Positions 19,445 through 35,092 of a stretch of DNA of 64,000 nucleotides are shown here, one piece after another. Source of the stretch: the human T2T-CHM13v2.0 reference genome, Homo sapiens; the NCBI RefSeq assembly GCF_009914755.1, contig NC_060935.1; one strand, given 5' to 3'. A program made the position numbers and the translations under genes. Position 1 is the stretch's first letter. The number at the start of each line of letters is the position of its first letter. The notes beneath the pieces are model-generated. The model saw only the letters and a list, made by a program, of their open reading frames with translations, ran no database searches and had not been told where the DNA came from.

Positions 19445-22350
19445 TCTTTCTCCTTTCTTAAAAAAATTTACTATATGCAAATTTACTTCAGCATTGGTTT
19501 CTGGTATATATATTTTTTGCTACAGTAATTCTTCTTTGACTTCAGTTTGGAGGCACTGCTCTGCCTTTTTTCTTTCTAGTTCTCTGCCTGTATCCTGGTG
19601 CAGTCATCATCTTGTCTCCTACTTCATGGAACATTCTGACCCCCTGCTCTTAATTCAGGCAAAGCATGGATTGAAGTCTGCTCAGGCCCTTTGGACAGAA
19701 CAGAGATAGCTGACACCATGAATGACATAATTTTTCAAGTGAAACCTGCTCCTTAGGCTAAAGAAATGTCCTGTTCCCATTCTTCCTTGTAAGTACTTAT
19801 AGGGTGGCTGTAGAATTCACCTACCAGGAGTGGCTCATCAGTTTATAGGCCGCAACTTCCATTGAGTTCAAGTTATTTGGCCCAGCTCATACATTCAGTC
19901 CTAACTTTTGTGAGTTTATTAGAATAGCTTTAGAATAAACTATTTGGACTTTGACTTTTTAAAAGTCTAAGCATGAGCTTTGGAGTCCAACCTGGGTTCA
20001 AATCCAAACCTTGCAATGTACTAAATATATGGCCAAGTGATTTGGAGACTCACTTTCCTCATCTATAAAGTAATGATGACAATAAGATACTCTTTGCCAT
20101 GAACAAGCCCTAGGCTAGTGAGAGACACAATTATGTAAACAGGCAGTGACAATAGCACATTTTAAGGGCTGTAATGGTAGTATGCATAGGTCCTGTGGGA
20201 GTTTCCAGAGGAATCAGGATGCAGTGATCTTATATGTACTGGTGTAGCAGAAGCCATATTGTCAGCCAGCACGCAGGCAAGGGTACCAGTTCCCAGACAA
20301 GCTGAGCTACGTATCAGTGAGAGTAGGCATAGTTTGCAATCTGTCCCAGTACCTTAGCCAGATACAAGATGAGGCAGCAGCTCCCCCAGATGGTACCCCT
20401 CATGTTTCCAGGAAAACCCGACGGTGGCTTGCTTTGACAGATAGGGAAATTCTTTCTCACTAAGCAGGCTGTTGTTTTCCTTCCCCTCTCTTTGTTATTG
20501 AGTCTGCTTTGTCTTTTCTGGATGGTAATCCTGTCGATGACAGGGATGAGATATATTTGTAAGACTTGTTTGTATAGATGTCTATATATGTGTATATGTC
20601 TATATGTGCCTTTGTGTTTGTGTTTTTTTTGTATGTGTGTATACATCATTTTGTGCTTGTGTGGGTATGTGTCTTTCTGCATTTAGATGTGTCTGTGTAT
20701 GACAAGAAGTGGAGGGAGAAGAGGAACACTGAGCCAAGGAAGTAGGGGCTGAAAGAAAGCCCATAAATGAGGTTGAGGATCAAGGAGCAGGTTAGGGACA
20801 AAGGGTTTGGCCTGAGGTATAGGACACAGGACCTGGAAGTAAAAGCAGAGCCAGAAATGTAATCAGCAGCCCAAAGATGCTGTCAGTCTAGGCAGAATCT
20901 GGGCCCCACAGAGTGGTAGGCAGAATGCAGGTATCACCTAGCAGCCAGGAATGGTCAAGCTAGCAGAGAGAGAAAAGCCATGCTTCAGAAATTAAAAACT
21001 TCTGACTCTTCCTGTCTAAGGAGGAATTGGCAGCTGGCTCCCAAGGCCCTGCTTCCCTTCAGACCTAACTGGTGTTTGTGTTTGTTTGACTATATATGTA
21101 TTTTTTCAAGTCCTTCTGTGCATGTCTGTGTCTGCATATGCCTCACATTCAGTGTACTTGTACTTCATAGCATTAAGAAGAATTGTCTGATTCACTTAAG
21201 TTCAGTGAGTTTCCTTTCATTTCCTTTCATTCATTCTTGTGTTCTTCTCCTCACTTATAAATACCTCCTTTGAAATCTTTCTTACTTTTTGATGTGCTCC
21301 TTGCCTTCTTTCTCTCTTTTTTCTTCAAACATATTTAGTGTGTGCTATGTGCTGGATGCTGGATATGCTTTGCATATTCATTTAAAGACTAATAAGATGA
21401 ATTTACTACCTAGAAAGGTCTCACATATTACTGAGGCAAAAAAAAATACATATTCAATCCCCATAGATATTGTAACAAGAGATGAGCCCTGCATGCTCTG
21501 GAAGTACAGAAAAGAGTTAATCCATCTGAGGATGATAGGAAACACTATCCAGAAAAGGTATTGCCTGAGATGAATTTTTGGAGATGAATAGGGGTTTACA
21601 TGGGGAGGGGGCTGAGCATGATACATCATGTGGAGTAACAAGTATGATGTCCTTGGGAATCTGTGGTCAGTGGTTCTTTTAACTTGAGCAAATGTAATAG
21701 TGGGGCAGGGAGGGAGAGGTTGGGAATAAGATTAGAAAGGCAGGCTGTAGCCAGATTTGTGTGCCATACTGAGGAACTTGGATTTCATCCTAAAGTTGAA
21801 AAGCTAGAAGTAAACAGAGCTGGCCCTAATTCTGACTGAAGGTATGTCAGGAGCAGGTTTTGCAGAGGAGGTGAAGTTGGAACTTGGTTTTTAAAGATGA
21901 GCAGGAGTTTACTAGATGAAGAAAGGAAGAAGAGCATTCCAGGAAAGGGGAACTTAACGAGTAAAGGCAGGAGGCAAAAAATATGGCAACTCTGGGAGAC
22001 ATCAAGTAGGGAAGTATCTAGAGAATAGTTATTTCATCTATGAGATAGGGACACCAGTAACATATACCTTCAATGGCTGATGTGAGGCTTGAAAAATATC
22101 CTTTGTAAACCATAGAGCTGTGTGCAAATTTCTATAGTTGTTGTGTTATCCAGTTTCTTCTAATTTTTTGTCAGTACCCAACATGCATCAGGCCTTCTCA
22201 GGTATAGATCCACATAGGCATACACCTCAGCAGTTTGGCACTGGCTTGATGAGAGGCATGCCCTCTTTTATCTAGCCACTTGGTGTCTTGAGGAGGCAGA
22301 GGTAAGATTAGAAGTCTCTGGGAAGTCACTGGTAAGATTAGAAGTTGCTG

Positions 22351-22460
22351 GGTCCCTTGACAAGGGGGCTCATATTCTTTATTCTTGTTTATCCTCAGAC
22401 ACTAGGTTTCTCCTCAGATAAACCAGTATAAATAGTATGAGCCCCCTTGTCAAGGGGACC
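22351..22460. repeat. Inverted repeat (43/44-bp arms, 23-nt loop)
   Basis: Arm 22351-22393 versus the reverse complement of 22417-22460: 4 mismatches and 1 indel. Confidence 0.85.
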
Positions 22461-23081
22461 TAGGTTCAGAATAGTCAAACACATATGAAGCATCTTCTAC
22501 ATACAGGCACTGTAAGGGACTGTGCCTTAAATTATCTCCTTTTCTCCACATTGTAACTGTGAGGTAGTTTGCATTTTACAGGCTCTAGGTGACACAGTGG
22601 TAAGTGGCAGAAATGTGATTCAAGACATTATCTGTGAAATTCTTTTTCCTCTGTGACACTTCATAAGCTTTGTGATTTCTCTGGATGTTGACCAAGCTGC
22701 GTGATCAGTTAAGAGTGGAAAACTTTGTGCAGTCTCAGGCAGTATGGGGATGGAGGAGTTGGAGAGAAAGTTGCTTGGCTCTGTCTTTGGGATTGAGTGG
22801 TAACACTTTCCTCTGCATAGAACAGTGGTTCTTTCCTTCGAGGACCAACTCTCTTCTATATATCTGTCTCACCTAGATGCTTTCAATATGTCTGATTAAT
22901 CTGTGTGTCCTTGGATCTCAGCACAAGACCTGTCACATAGTAACTACTCAGTAAATATTGGTTAGGCAAATGAAAGAACAAATGGTGCTTAACAAAGCCT
23001 TCTGGAACTCCCAATGCCTGCACTATTCTTCTGCCTTCTCTTGTGTAGTACAATACTCTTAATAGGATATTTTGTCCTTAA

Positions 23082-23083
<2 letters not shown>

Positions 23084-23120
<37 letters not shown>
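23084..23120 (+). repeat. (AC)18 microsatellite
   Basis: Perfect dinucleotide run. Confidence 0.97.
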
Positions 23121-23122
<2 letters not shown>

Positions 23123-23626
23123 GTGTATATATATTTTGTATTGCTCATTGATGCATAAGCCTAAATCCCCCCTCTTAGAGTTGATTAGATGCCAGGAGCT
23201 TCTTGGGAGAGGCATGAGTTTGTTTTACTCTCTTATATTCTTTGTCCCTAAGCCTCTTCCCATACCACTGCCCAAAGGTGAGTGTCATTTATAAGGAACA
23301 CGTGATGAGCTCTAATTCTTTTTGCCAAGTCTATTGAAGTGGGTGTTCTATTTTGGAAATGGAGTCCTAGAGGTTTTCCTGCTGTTGAGTGTTTGGCTGG
23401 GTTTGTGATCCTCTCAGGGTGTTTGAAAGCCATGTATAGGGATGGTAGCATGAGGGAAAACTGAGCAGTGAATCGAAGTTGCCGTTTGTTCATGGGGATT
23501 GTCAGGGAGAGAGATTTCCTCAGCACCTGAAGCCAGAGCAGAGGGTGGATTTATTATATCTAGTCCAGGGATCAGCAAACTGTTTTTTTCGTGTAGCCTG
23601 CAAACTAAAAATGATTTTTACATTTT

Positions 23627-24881
23627 CTTCTTTCATAATTGAGATTTTATTGGTTGAGGATCAGTACAAACATTTCAATTTGTACACAATTCTTAACATA
23701 CGTACCGAAAATCTAAAAAGCCATGTATTGTAATTCTTTTTTTTTAAAGTTATTCCAGTGACTTTCCAGCTTAAAATTTGGAAGCAAATTGTCCTTAAGA
23801 GGCTATCAAGTACCGGTATGTTCACATGTTGATAAGCTGTTACATATGTCCCACCAATTCACAACTGAATAGCATGTATACTACATATTCAAATTTTTAA
23901 TCTTTCACAGCACAGTAACCAAGTGATTAGGAAAACAGGACTACCACAACCAAAGATGTTACAGAGTACACACAATTCTGACAGGGAGAGCCATGATCAA
24001 GGACTGGTTTTCTTTAGGAAACAATTCTACTAAAAAATAACATGGGAATAGAAGTAATTTAAAATGTTCAAGACATTAAATGCAGGGCTGCTGACTCCAT
24101 ATTGTCATTTAATATGCATTGTATTATAGGATATAAAAACTAACCCCCATCTATGGAGTGTTAAGCTGACAGCAAAGACAGTCAAAACCTCCCATAATTC
24201 AATAACCCACACTGTTTTCTGGTTGTACCAAAAAATAAACAACCAGCGAATGATTTCACCTCTTAAATAAAGCATTTACACTTAAAAGATGGGATGAGGT
24301 GGGATTCCCTCCTTCTTAAAAATGTTTCTAGAGCTACTAAAAAACTTGCATTTACAAAATAGTTGATAAAAATATTCCTCTGGATTGTACAAGAAGGGAG
24401 ACAGGGACCACTGATAATGTATGATGTGTGGTATTATTCAGACTTGGCTTCCTTCTCTCCTGCCTCATCAGAGGCTGGACTCTCCTCAGTTTTCTTTTCC
24501 CTGTTTACTGCAGGTAAATGTTCTTTAGTTTCTTGGTTAGCCACTTCGGCCTGTTTTCCCTTTGCTCCCCTTTTCCCTTTTGTTTGCACTTGTTTGTCTG
24601 AAGATTTATCCTTTGCTGCTGCCTTTTTCGGCTTCGCTTCCACTTTTGCAGGAGCAGGTTTAGCAGACAACCGCGCCGATCTCCTCTTGGGCTCTTCCTT
24701 GGCGGCCCCTTCCGCGGAGCTGACCTTGCTCTTAGGCATCCTGGCGGCGTGGAGGGTGCGTGCGGGATGTCTGTGAGCCGCGGCGCACCGAGAGCCTTCG
24801 CGAAGCTGGGCTGCCTGGTCGCTGCCGCTCCTCCCGCCGCCCGAGCTGCTGAGATCCCCAGAAGGGGCGGTGGGAGAACCC
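23627..24881 (-). pseudogene. Full-length processed HMGN1 retrocopy (5'UTR, CDS, 3'UTR)
   Basis: Intronless HMGN1 mRNA copy. Perfect 15-bp TSD tgatttttacatttt (23612-23626; 24882-24896) followed by aaaa, an L1 endonuclease TTTT/AA site. AATAAA at 23651-23646. Confidence 0.95.
24434..24739 (-). CDS. Intact 101-aa HMGN1-like ORF of the retrocopy (expression unknown)
   Basis: MPKSKVSSAEGAAKEEPKRRSARLSAKPAPAKVE...EKEAKSE*; RRSARLSA core intact; start context gccaggATG. Confidence 0.6.
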   Translation of the reverse strand: MPKSKVSSAEGAAKEEPKRRSARLSAKPAPAKVEAKPKKAAAKDKSSDKQVQTKGKRGAKGKQAEVANQETKEHLPAVNREKKTEESPASDEAGEKEAKSE

Positions 24882-25159
24882 TGATTTTTACATTTTAAAA
24901 TAGTTTAGGGGGAAAGCTAAAGAAGAATTTCAAGATGTGAAATTTATATGAAATTGAAATTTCAGTGTCTGTAAAGTTTTATTGGCATACAGCCACTCTC
25001 GTTCATTTACATATTGTCTATTGCTGCTTTTACACAAGAACAGCAGAGTTGTGTAGTTGCGACAGAGACCATATGGACCACCAGGCCTAAAATATTTACT
25101 GTCTGACTCTTTACAGAAAAAGTTTATCTGGCCTCTAGTCTAACCTATCAATTTTAAAA

Positions 25160-28020
<2,861 letters not shown>

Positions 28021-28629
28021 TTTTAAAGGCATCTGAAGCTTAATGTGCACTAGATGGATTCTAAATATCATCTCATCCAAAACCTGCTATATATACTACC
28101 TTCCTCATCTCAGTTGAAGGCAAGTCCATTGTTTCAATTGCCTGGGCAAAAAATATTCTAAATAATTCATAATTTTTCCTCAACTCCACATCTATTGGTA
28201 AATCCTGTGGGTTCTCCTTTTAAAACATATCCAAAATAGAATCATTTCTCACTATCATTCCACTGCAGGCACCAAGTCTCAATAGTCTCCTAGCAGATAA
28301 TCATGTCTACATTTATTCTCAATGTAGCAGCTAGAGAGCTTTTTTGAAAAAAAAAAAAAATGTAAACCAGATCATTTCACTCTCCTCAAAACTTCATTTT
28401 TTTGTTTGGTGTGAAAGCCACAGTCTCCACAAAAGTTAGCAAGGCCCTCTGTGATCTGGTCCCCACTTATTCTGATCTCCTCTCTGACTTATATTCCCCT
28501 TGTCACTCACTGTAGCCACACTCTTTGGTGTTCCTTCATACTCTTTTATATTCCTGCTTTAGGGCCTTGGTTCTAGCTTTTGCCGCTGCCTGGACTATTG
28601 TTTCCTTAGGTATTTAGTTTATGCCCTCA

Positions 28630-28965
<336 letters not shown>

Positions 28966-29269
28966 AAAATATTCTTTGTCATTTGTCATACTTCATGTTA
29001 TCAAAGAGACCTTTCCCAGACCACCCTATTTAATAATGAAATCTGCACCTCTACTCCATTCCTGGCACCCAGATCTTCATTATGAATCACTTTTTAAAAT
29101 AATTTTTAAGAACTTATCATCATCTGGATTTTATTATTTAATCACTTATTGTTTTATTATTTATTGCCTAGAATATAAAGTTCATAAGGGAAAGGGATCT
29201 GTTTTGTTCACTGCTATGTCTCCAGTACCTAGAACAGTACCTGGCTCACTGTTGGTACTTTTTTGTATG

Positions 29270-32110
29270 GATTCAAAGTACTATCTGGGGGGGTCACTTA
29301 AAGAGCTTCCTTTAGTATTTTTTTGTAAGGTGTGTCAGTTAGCAATGAATTTTCTCAGTGTTTGTTTATCTGGAAATGTCTTTATTTTCACAAGAGTTTT
29401 GCCGGATGTACAATTCTTGGTTGACATCCTCTCACTTCAGTGAGCCCTTTGATCATGTTATCCCATTGTCTTCTGGCATCCATTATTTTTGGTGAGAAGT
29501 TAACTGTTAATCTTACTGGGTTCACATGTGTGTGATGAGTCATTTTTCTCTTGCTGCTTTCAAACTTTCTCATTGCCTTTGACTTTTAGCGTTTTACTTA
29601 ATGTGTCTATTTGTGGATCTCTTTGCATTTATCCTATTTGGAGTTTATTAGATTTTCTTTATGGGTAGATTAATGTTTTTCAAAACTTGGGAGGTTTTTC
29701 AGCCATTATTTCTTTGAATATTTTTCCTTCTCCTTTTTCTTTCTTTTTTTTTTTTTTTTTGAGACATAGTCTCACTCTGTCACCCAGGCTGGAGTACAGT
29801 GGCACAATCTCAGCTCACTCCAATCTGACTCCTGGGTTCAAGCGATTCTCATGTCTCAGCCTCCCCAAGTAGCTGGGATCGCAGGCGTACACCACCACAC
29901 CCGGCTAATTTTTGTATTTTTAGTAGAGATGTGGTTTCGCCATGTTGTCCAGGCTGGTCTTTAACTCCTGGCCCCAAGCAATCCACCCACTTTGGCCTCT
30001 CACAGGTGTGAGTCTTTCTGCTCCTTTTTCTTTATCTTCCCCTTCTGGTATTCATATATTGGTGTGATTAATGGTGTTCTACATTTCTCTGAGGCTCTGT
30101 TCATTTTTCTTCATTCCTTTTTCTCTATGTTTTTAGGATTGTATAATCTCTATCAGTCTCTCTTGAAGTTTGCTAATTCTTCCTGCTGCCAGTTCAGATC
30201 TACTATTTAGCCCCTGTCCTAATTTTCCACTTCAGTTATTGTACTTTTCAACTCCAGAACATCCATTTGGTTCTTTTTTTAAAACAATAATTTGTCTCTT
30301 TATTGACATTCTTTATTTGATGCATCATTGACATCATGCATTCCTTTACCTCTTTAAAAATCATGATTTTTTTTTTTAATCTTTGGACATATTTATAATG
30401 GCTAATTTGTAGTCTTTTTCTGTTAAATCTGACATCTGGTCCCTCTTACTGAGAGTTTCTGTTGCCTACTTTTTTTCTGGTATATGGGTCACACTTTCGT
30501 GTTTCTTTGTTTTTTGTTTGTTTGTTTGTTTGAAGCTGAACATTTTTGATAATATATTGTAGCAACTTTGGGTACTTGTCTGATTCCTCTGGGGCTTATT
30601 ATTATTTGCTTGTTTATTTATTTAATGACTGGCTAGATTGTTTAAGTGGTTGATCCCCCTCCTCCCACAGTGTGAATCCTCTGATGTTGCTCCTCAGAGG
30701 ACTTTGGTATGCCCACAGTCATATTTGGATGATAATGGTTTGGGCAGAACTTTGACTGTCTCTTTCCCTGGCCACACCCAGCTTTTTAGGTTCACTAATT
30801 GCCATCTGGTTGCTCTGCTCTTTTCAGCAATGCCCTGAGGCATAAATTGCTTCCCAGACTAATCCAACTATATTAGGGTTCCTTTGAAGGGATAGTTCCT
30901 GAGGTCAGTGTTTGAGATTTGTTCTTTTTTGGTTTGTTTTTGGAGATAGAGTCCCACTGTTTCACCCAGGCTAGAGTGCAGTGGCGTGATCATGGCCCAC
31001 TGCAGCCTCAACCTCCTGGACTCCAGTGATCCTCCTACCTCAGCCTCCTGAGTAATTGGGACCACAGGTGTGTGCTACTACACCTGGCTTCTTTTTTTTT
31101 TTTTTTTTTAAGTTCTGGGATATATGTGCAGGATGTGCAGGTGGCCTGGCTAATTTTTAAATTTTTTGTGAAGATGGGGTCTCCCTATGTTGCCCAGGCT
31201 GGTGAAATTTGTTCTTACCCTGAGAGACTCCTCCCAGCTGTCTCTTTCCCTAGTTATCTCCAGCAAATTCTCTAGTCTACAGTTTAGCCTATATCTCCAA
31301 TGAATCTGCTAATCTTTTCCTTTCACCACAACTTCTACTCTTTTGAGAGTACCCTACCCTTAGTCTTGAAATTCTCTACACTCTGTCACAGATGAGGTCA
31401 TTTCCCCTGGGAAGAGATTCAGATCTCTTTGTTTTATAGCCTGCTTCCTCGGCCAGGCAAAATCTTTGAGTCACGGTTCTGGAGCTAGGGTGGGGGACAA
31501 TGACATGCTTCTGAGTGACACCACCACTTTAGGAGCTGAGGACTTGGTGGAGGGGTGGCAGTAGCCTCAGGTCTTTTTGGTTTTCTTCTCCCAGAGTGTA
31601 ATCACCATCTTATGAGCCAGGGCAATGCCAGTTGTGGCTCCAGTATTCTTAGTGGCACTGCATCCAAGGTAAAGCTCTCGTCCTATGAGTGGGGTTTAAA
31701 CGGGACAAAAGAGGCCCACCTTTTAGCTGCACTCACTTAGAACTTAGCCTCAGTAACAGGTAGCTGGGGGAAGGATCAGAAATGCTAATATCCTGCTCAG
31801 GACATTCCAGGCAGCTAACCCTTTAACAGGGAGCTTGAGAGAGAAGGTCTGTGTTTAGCTGCATCAGTGTGCAGTGGAGTTTCTGTGTCATTGAGTTGGG
31901 AGAGGCAAGGTGGAGAACAGGTCTTGGTTTAAATATTGTGGACTCTCGCTGTTCTTAGATTTTCTTGAGCATATGTTTCTTCATTGGCTGTGTGCCTTTA
32001 AGACCATTTCCAGAAACTTTAAATGGTTGCTTTTGAAAAATAAGTTTCACTAGTTTTACTGGAGAGTGGGTCTGTGGAGCTTCTCATGCTGTCAAACTAG
32101 AAGTCCCTTC
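29270..32110 (-). mobile_element. Old L1M ORF1/5' region, interrupted by Alus (about 29735-30012 and 30924-31204)
   Basis: The minus-strand ORF at 29388-29573 (VRLTVNFSPKIMDARRQWDNMIKGL) resembles degenerate L1 ORF1. Confidence 0.65.
31090..31144 (-). mobile_element. Micro L1 insertion (about 35 nt of L1PA 3' terminus plus poly(A)) inside an Alu
   Basis: The minus strand reads acctgcacatcctgcacatatatcccagaactt-A(n); TSD cctggct at 31083-31089 and 31145-31151. Confidence 0.8.
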
Positions 32111-34171
32111 TAACCCATCAATTTTGTAACTGTTCTTTCTCATAGTGCATTTTCTCCAGTGCTATGCATTCAGCCTATATAAATGTGGCAGTATTTACCC
32201 CAATTAAGAAGATAATCTCTTTCCTCTGGGGAAATATTTTCTAATTAGTGATCTATTTCTGTCCTCCTTTCATAAAACAAAGGTTCCCCAGACAGTATTC
32301 TTTGGCTAGCTTGGATACTTTGGTTCTGACAGTTTGTAAGACTGGAGATGTTAGAGTTTCTCTGTCTTTGCCATTCTGGCCAGGTACCTGGCAAGCTGAA
32401 ACTTTTAATGCTGCCTCTAGGATTTGACCTGTGTCATGTGCCCAGTGTTTTGGTGGGGCATCAACAATGATTCCATGACAAGCACTGAGCGTTCTCATTG
32501 ACCTCAGAGGGATTCTCTGTATCTATGTATGTGCTAGGTGCTGGAAAAAAAGGAGTAAAAGGAAAGGCAATGTTGCTGCCTTTGAAGAAGTTCCCCTAGT
32601 GGTGGAGATAGCCATAAAACAGATAAGGACACTATAATTTATTAAGTGGATACTGTGAGGCACAATGGTGTGCACCTGTAGTACCAGCTACTTGGGAGGC
32701 TGAGGTGGGAGAATTGCTTGAGCCCAGAGTTCAAGACCAGCCTTAGCAATATATCGAAACCCTGTCTCTAAAAAAAAAATAAAATTTTAAGAGTGAACAC
32801 TGTGATAGAGTTGCAGAAGAGGACGCCCTAAGTCAGCCTTTCCCATGTTATAGTCACTGACACATAATCCGGATCTCAACAGATGACTAGGAGTGATAAG
32901 GAGAATGTTTTAAGTGAGGGAATAGCATGTACAAAGATATTGTACAGGTGAAAAGCCTGGTACTGTCAGAGAGTTTTAAGTAATTCATTATCATTGGGAA
33001 TTGGGAATTCATTATCATTGGGAATGAGAGGAAGTGGCAACTGATGCACTGAGGAAGGCCAGCCCATAGAGGAGGGAGGGTCTTGCATAAAGTTGTAAAG
33101 TTTTGATTTTAAATGGAGTTAAAGCTTTAAAAGCTTTCAAAGAATCATAGAGTAGAACAAAAAGGACCTTAGAGGTTAGTAGACTACAATGTCTTGTCTT
33201 AACTATCTCCATTCCTAACCTCTTGACACATGGACTTTATATAGCAAGCACTTAGAAAATATCCGTTTTCTACCTCCTCTATAGGTCTTCCTTACATATG
33301 AGGGATCAGCATCACTGTAATAGTGGGCCCTAGGATTGTACGTTCTTTTAGTATCTTTAATCCTTCTTAAAACATATTACACACACACACAGACAGGAGA
33401 GCTTATTTTGTGCCAGGCACTATTCTAAGGTATTTAGTTGAATTTACTCATTTATGCTTCCCTCAACATGAGGGTTGTTAGGTTTTGTGCTACTATCTTC
33501 ATTTTACAAATGATGCAAGTTATACACTGAAACTAAGTGGTGGAACGAGGATTCAAACCCAGGCAGCCAGGTCTAGAATCAAACTCTAAAGTATCATGTT
33601 ACATTGAATCCAAGCTAGTGTAACTCTCTGGCTCCTGGCTAAATATCTTTCTTTTAGATAGGCTGACAATTTGGGGACCTTTTTCTTTCTTCTATTCAAT
33701 AGACAATTATGTCTTGACTAGCTATTGTAAGCTAAGCTCTCTGCTACATGTTATAGGACAAACTCGAGAGACACTCCTTCAGTTATTTAATAACCACACA
33801 CTCTGCTCTGTGCCAGGCCCTCGGCTTGGAGATGGATTTATGGAGCTAAATTAATTATTCATTTATGTATTCCAGAAAATTTACAAGATGCTGGTGAAGA
33901 ATAAATGATAAATAAAATATAGTCTCTATTTTTGAGTTGCTTAGGGAGAGTAAGAGGGGGATAATGTATACCCTGAGAACTAAGGGAACAAATAGGATAG
34001 GGCAATGAACTCACCTGGGAGAGATCTAGAAAACTTCACAGAAGGCAGTGACTTTTTATTTAATAGACAAAGAGTGGGAGAAAGCATTTTAAATGGAGCA
34101 CCTTGTGCAAAATCTTGGGGGTATAAAAGATCATGGTTTGGTCAAGGAGCATGAAATGGCTTGATGTGTCT

Positions 34172-34672
34172 AGAGCAGGCAACTTTTTCTGTAAAGGATT
34201 AGATAGTAATTATTTTAGACTTTGATAGCCATAGAGTCTCTGTTACAAATACTCAACTCTGTCTTTGTAGCATGAAAGCAGCCACAGAAAATATACATCA
34301 ATGCATGAGCCTGGCTATGTTTCAGTAAAACTTTATGAAAACTGGCTGGGCATGGTGGCTTATGCCTGCAATCCCATCACTTTGGGAAGCCAAGGCAGGA
34401 GGATTGCTTGAGTCTATGAGTTTGAGACTAGCCTGGACAATATGGTAAGACCCTGTCTCTACAAAAAATGAAGAAAAAATTAGCCCCTGTGCCTGTAGTC
34501 CAAGCTACTCGGGAGGCTGAGGCAGGAGGACTGCTTAAGCCCAGGAGGCTGCAGTGAGCCATCTTCACGCCACTGCATTTCAGCATGGGCAATAGAGGGA
34601 GACTCAGTCTCAAAACCAACAAACAGCAAACTGGATTTGGCTTATGGCCATAGTTTTCTGACCCAATATCTG
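34172..34672 (+). mobile_element. MER58-like element interrupted by an AluJ (about 34344-34630)
   Basis: ggcaactttttctgtaaagg...tagtaattattttagac...atggccatagttttctgaccc. Confidence 0.6.
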
Positions 34673-35092
34673 GTGTGTAAGGTGTCTGGTAGGGAGGGAG
34701 AGTGGCCAGGAAGGTACTTAGGAAGTTAATGTGTCATATTGTAAAAGACCTTGAATGCCAGGCCAAGAAGCTAGGGCTTTATCTTGTAGGTAATGGGGAG
34801 CCATGAGATGTTAAGTAAGGGAGTTGGAATAGATATTTACTTTAAGATCATTCTAGAGTGATTGTGGTTGGGGGAGGAGCCAAGATGGCCGAATAGGAAG
34901 AGCTCTGGTCTACAGCTCCCAGCGTGAGCGACGCAGTAGACGGGTGATTTCTGCATTTCCATTTGAGGTACCGGGTTCATCTCACTAGGGAGTGCCAGAC
35001 AGTGGGCACAGGACAGTGGGTGCAGCACACCGTGTGCCAGCCAAAGCAGGGCAAGGCATTGCCTCACTCGGGAAGTGCAAGGGATCAGGGAG

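Larger units (their letters stand above)
23566..25137 (+). mobile_element. MER58B-like DNA transposon split by the HMGN1 retrocopy
   Basis: Left part cagggatcagcaaact...tgatttttacatttt; right part ...aaagttttattggcatacagcc...tttacagaaaaagttt. Confidence 0.7.

Noticed and set aside
20492-21273. Cys-rich hydrophobic ORFs resembling secreted peptides
   Set aside because: Products of TG/TA-rich low-complexity sequence.
24363-24776. 137-aa + strand ORF over the HMGN1 retrocopy
   Set aside because: Antisense shadow of the HMGN1 CDS with a non-ATG start.
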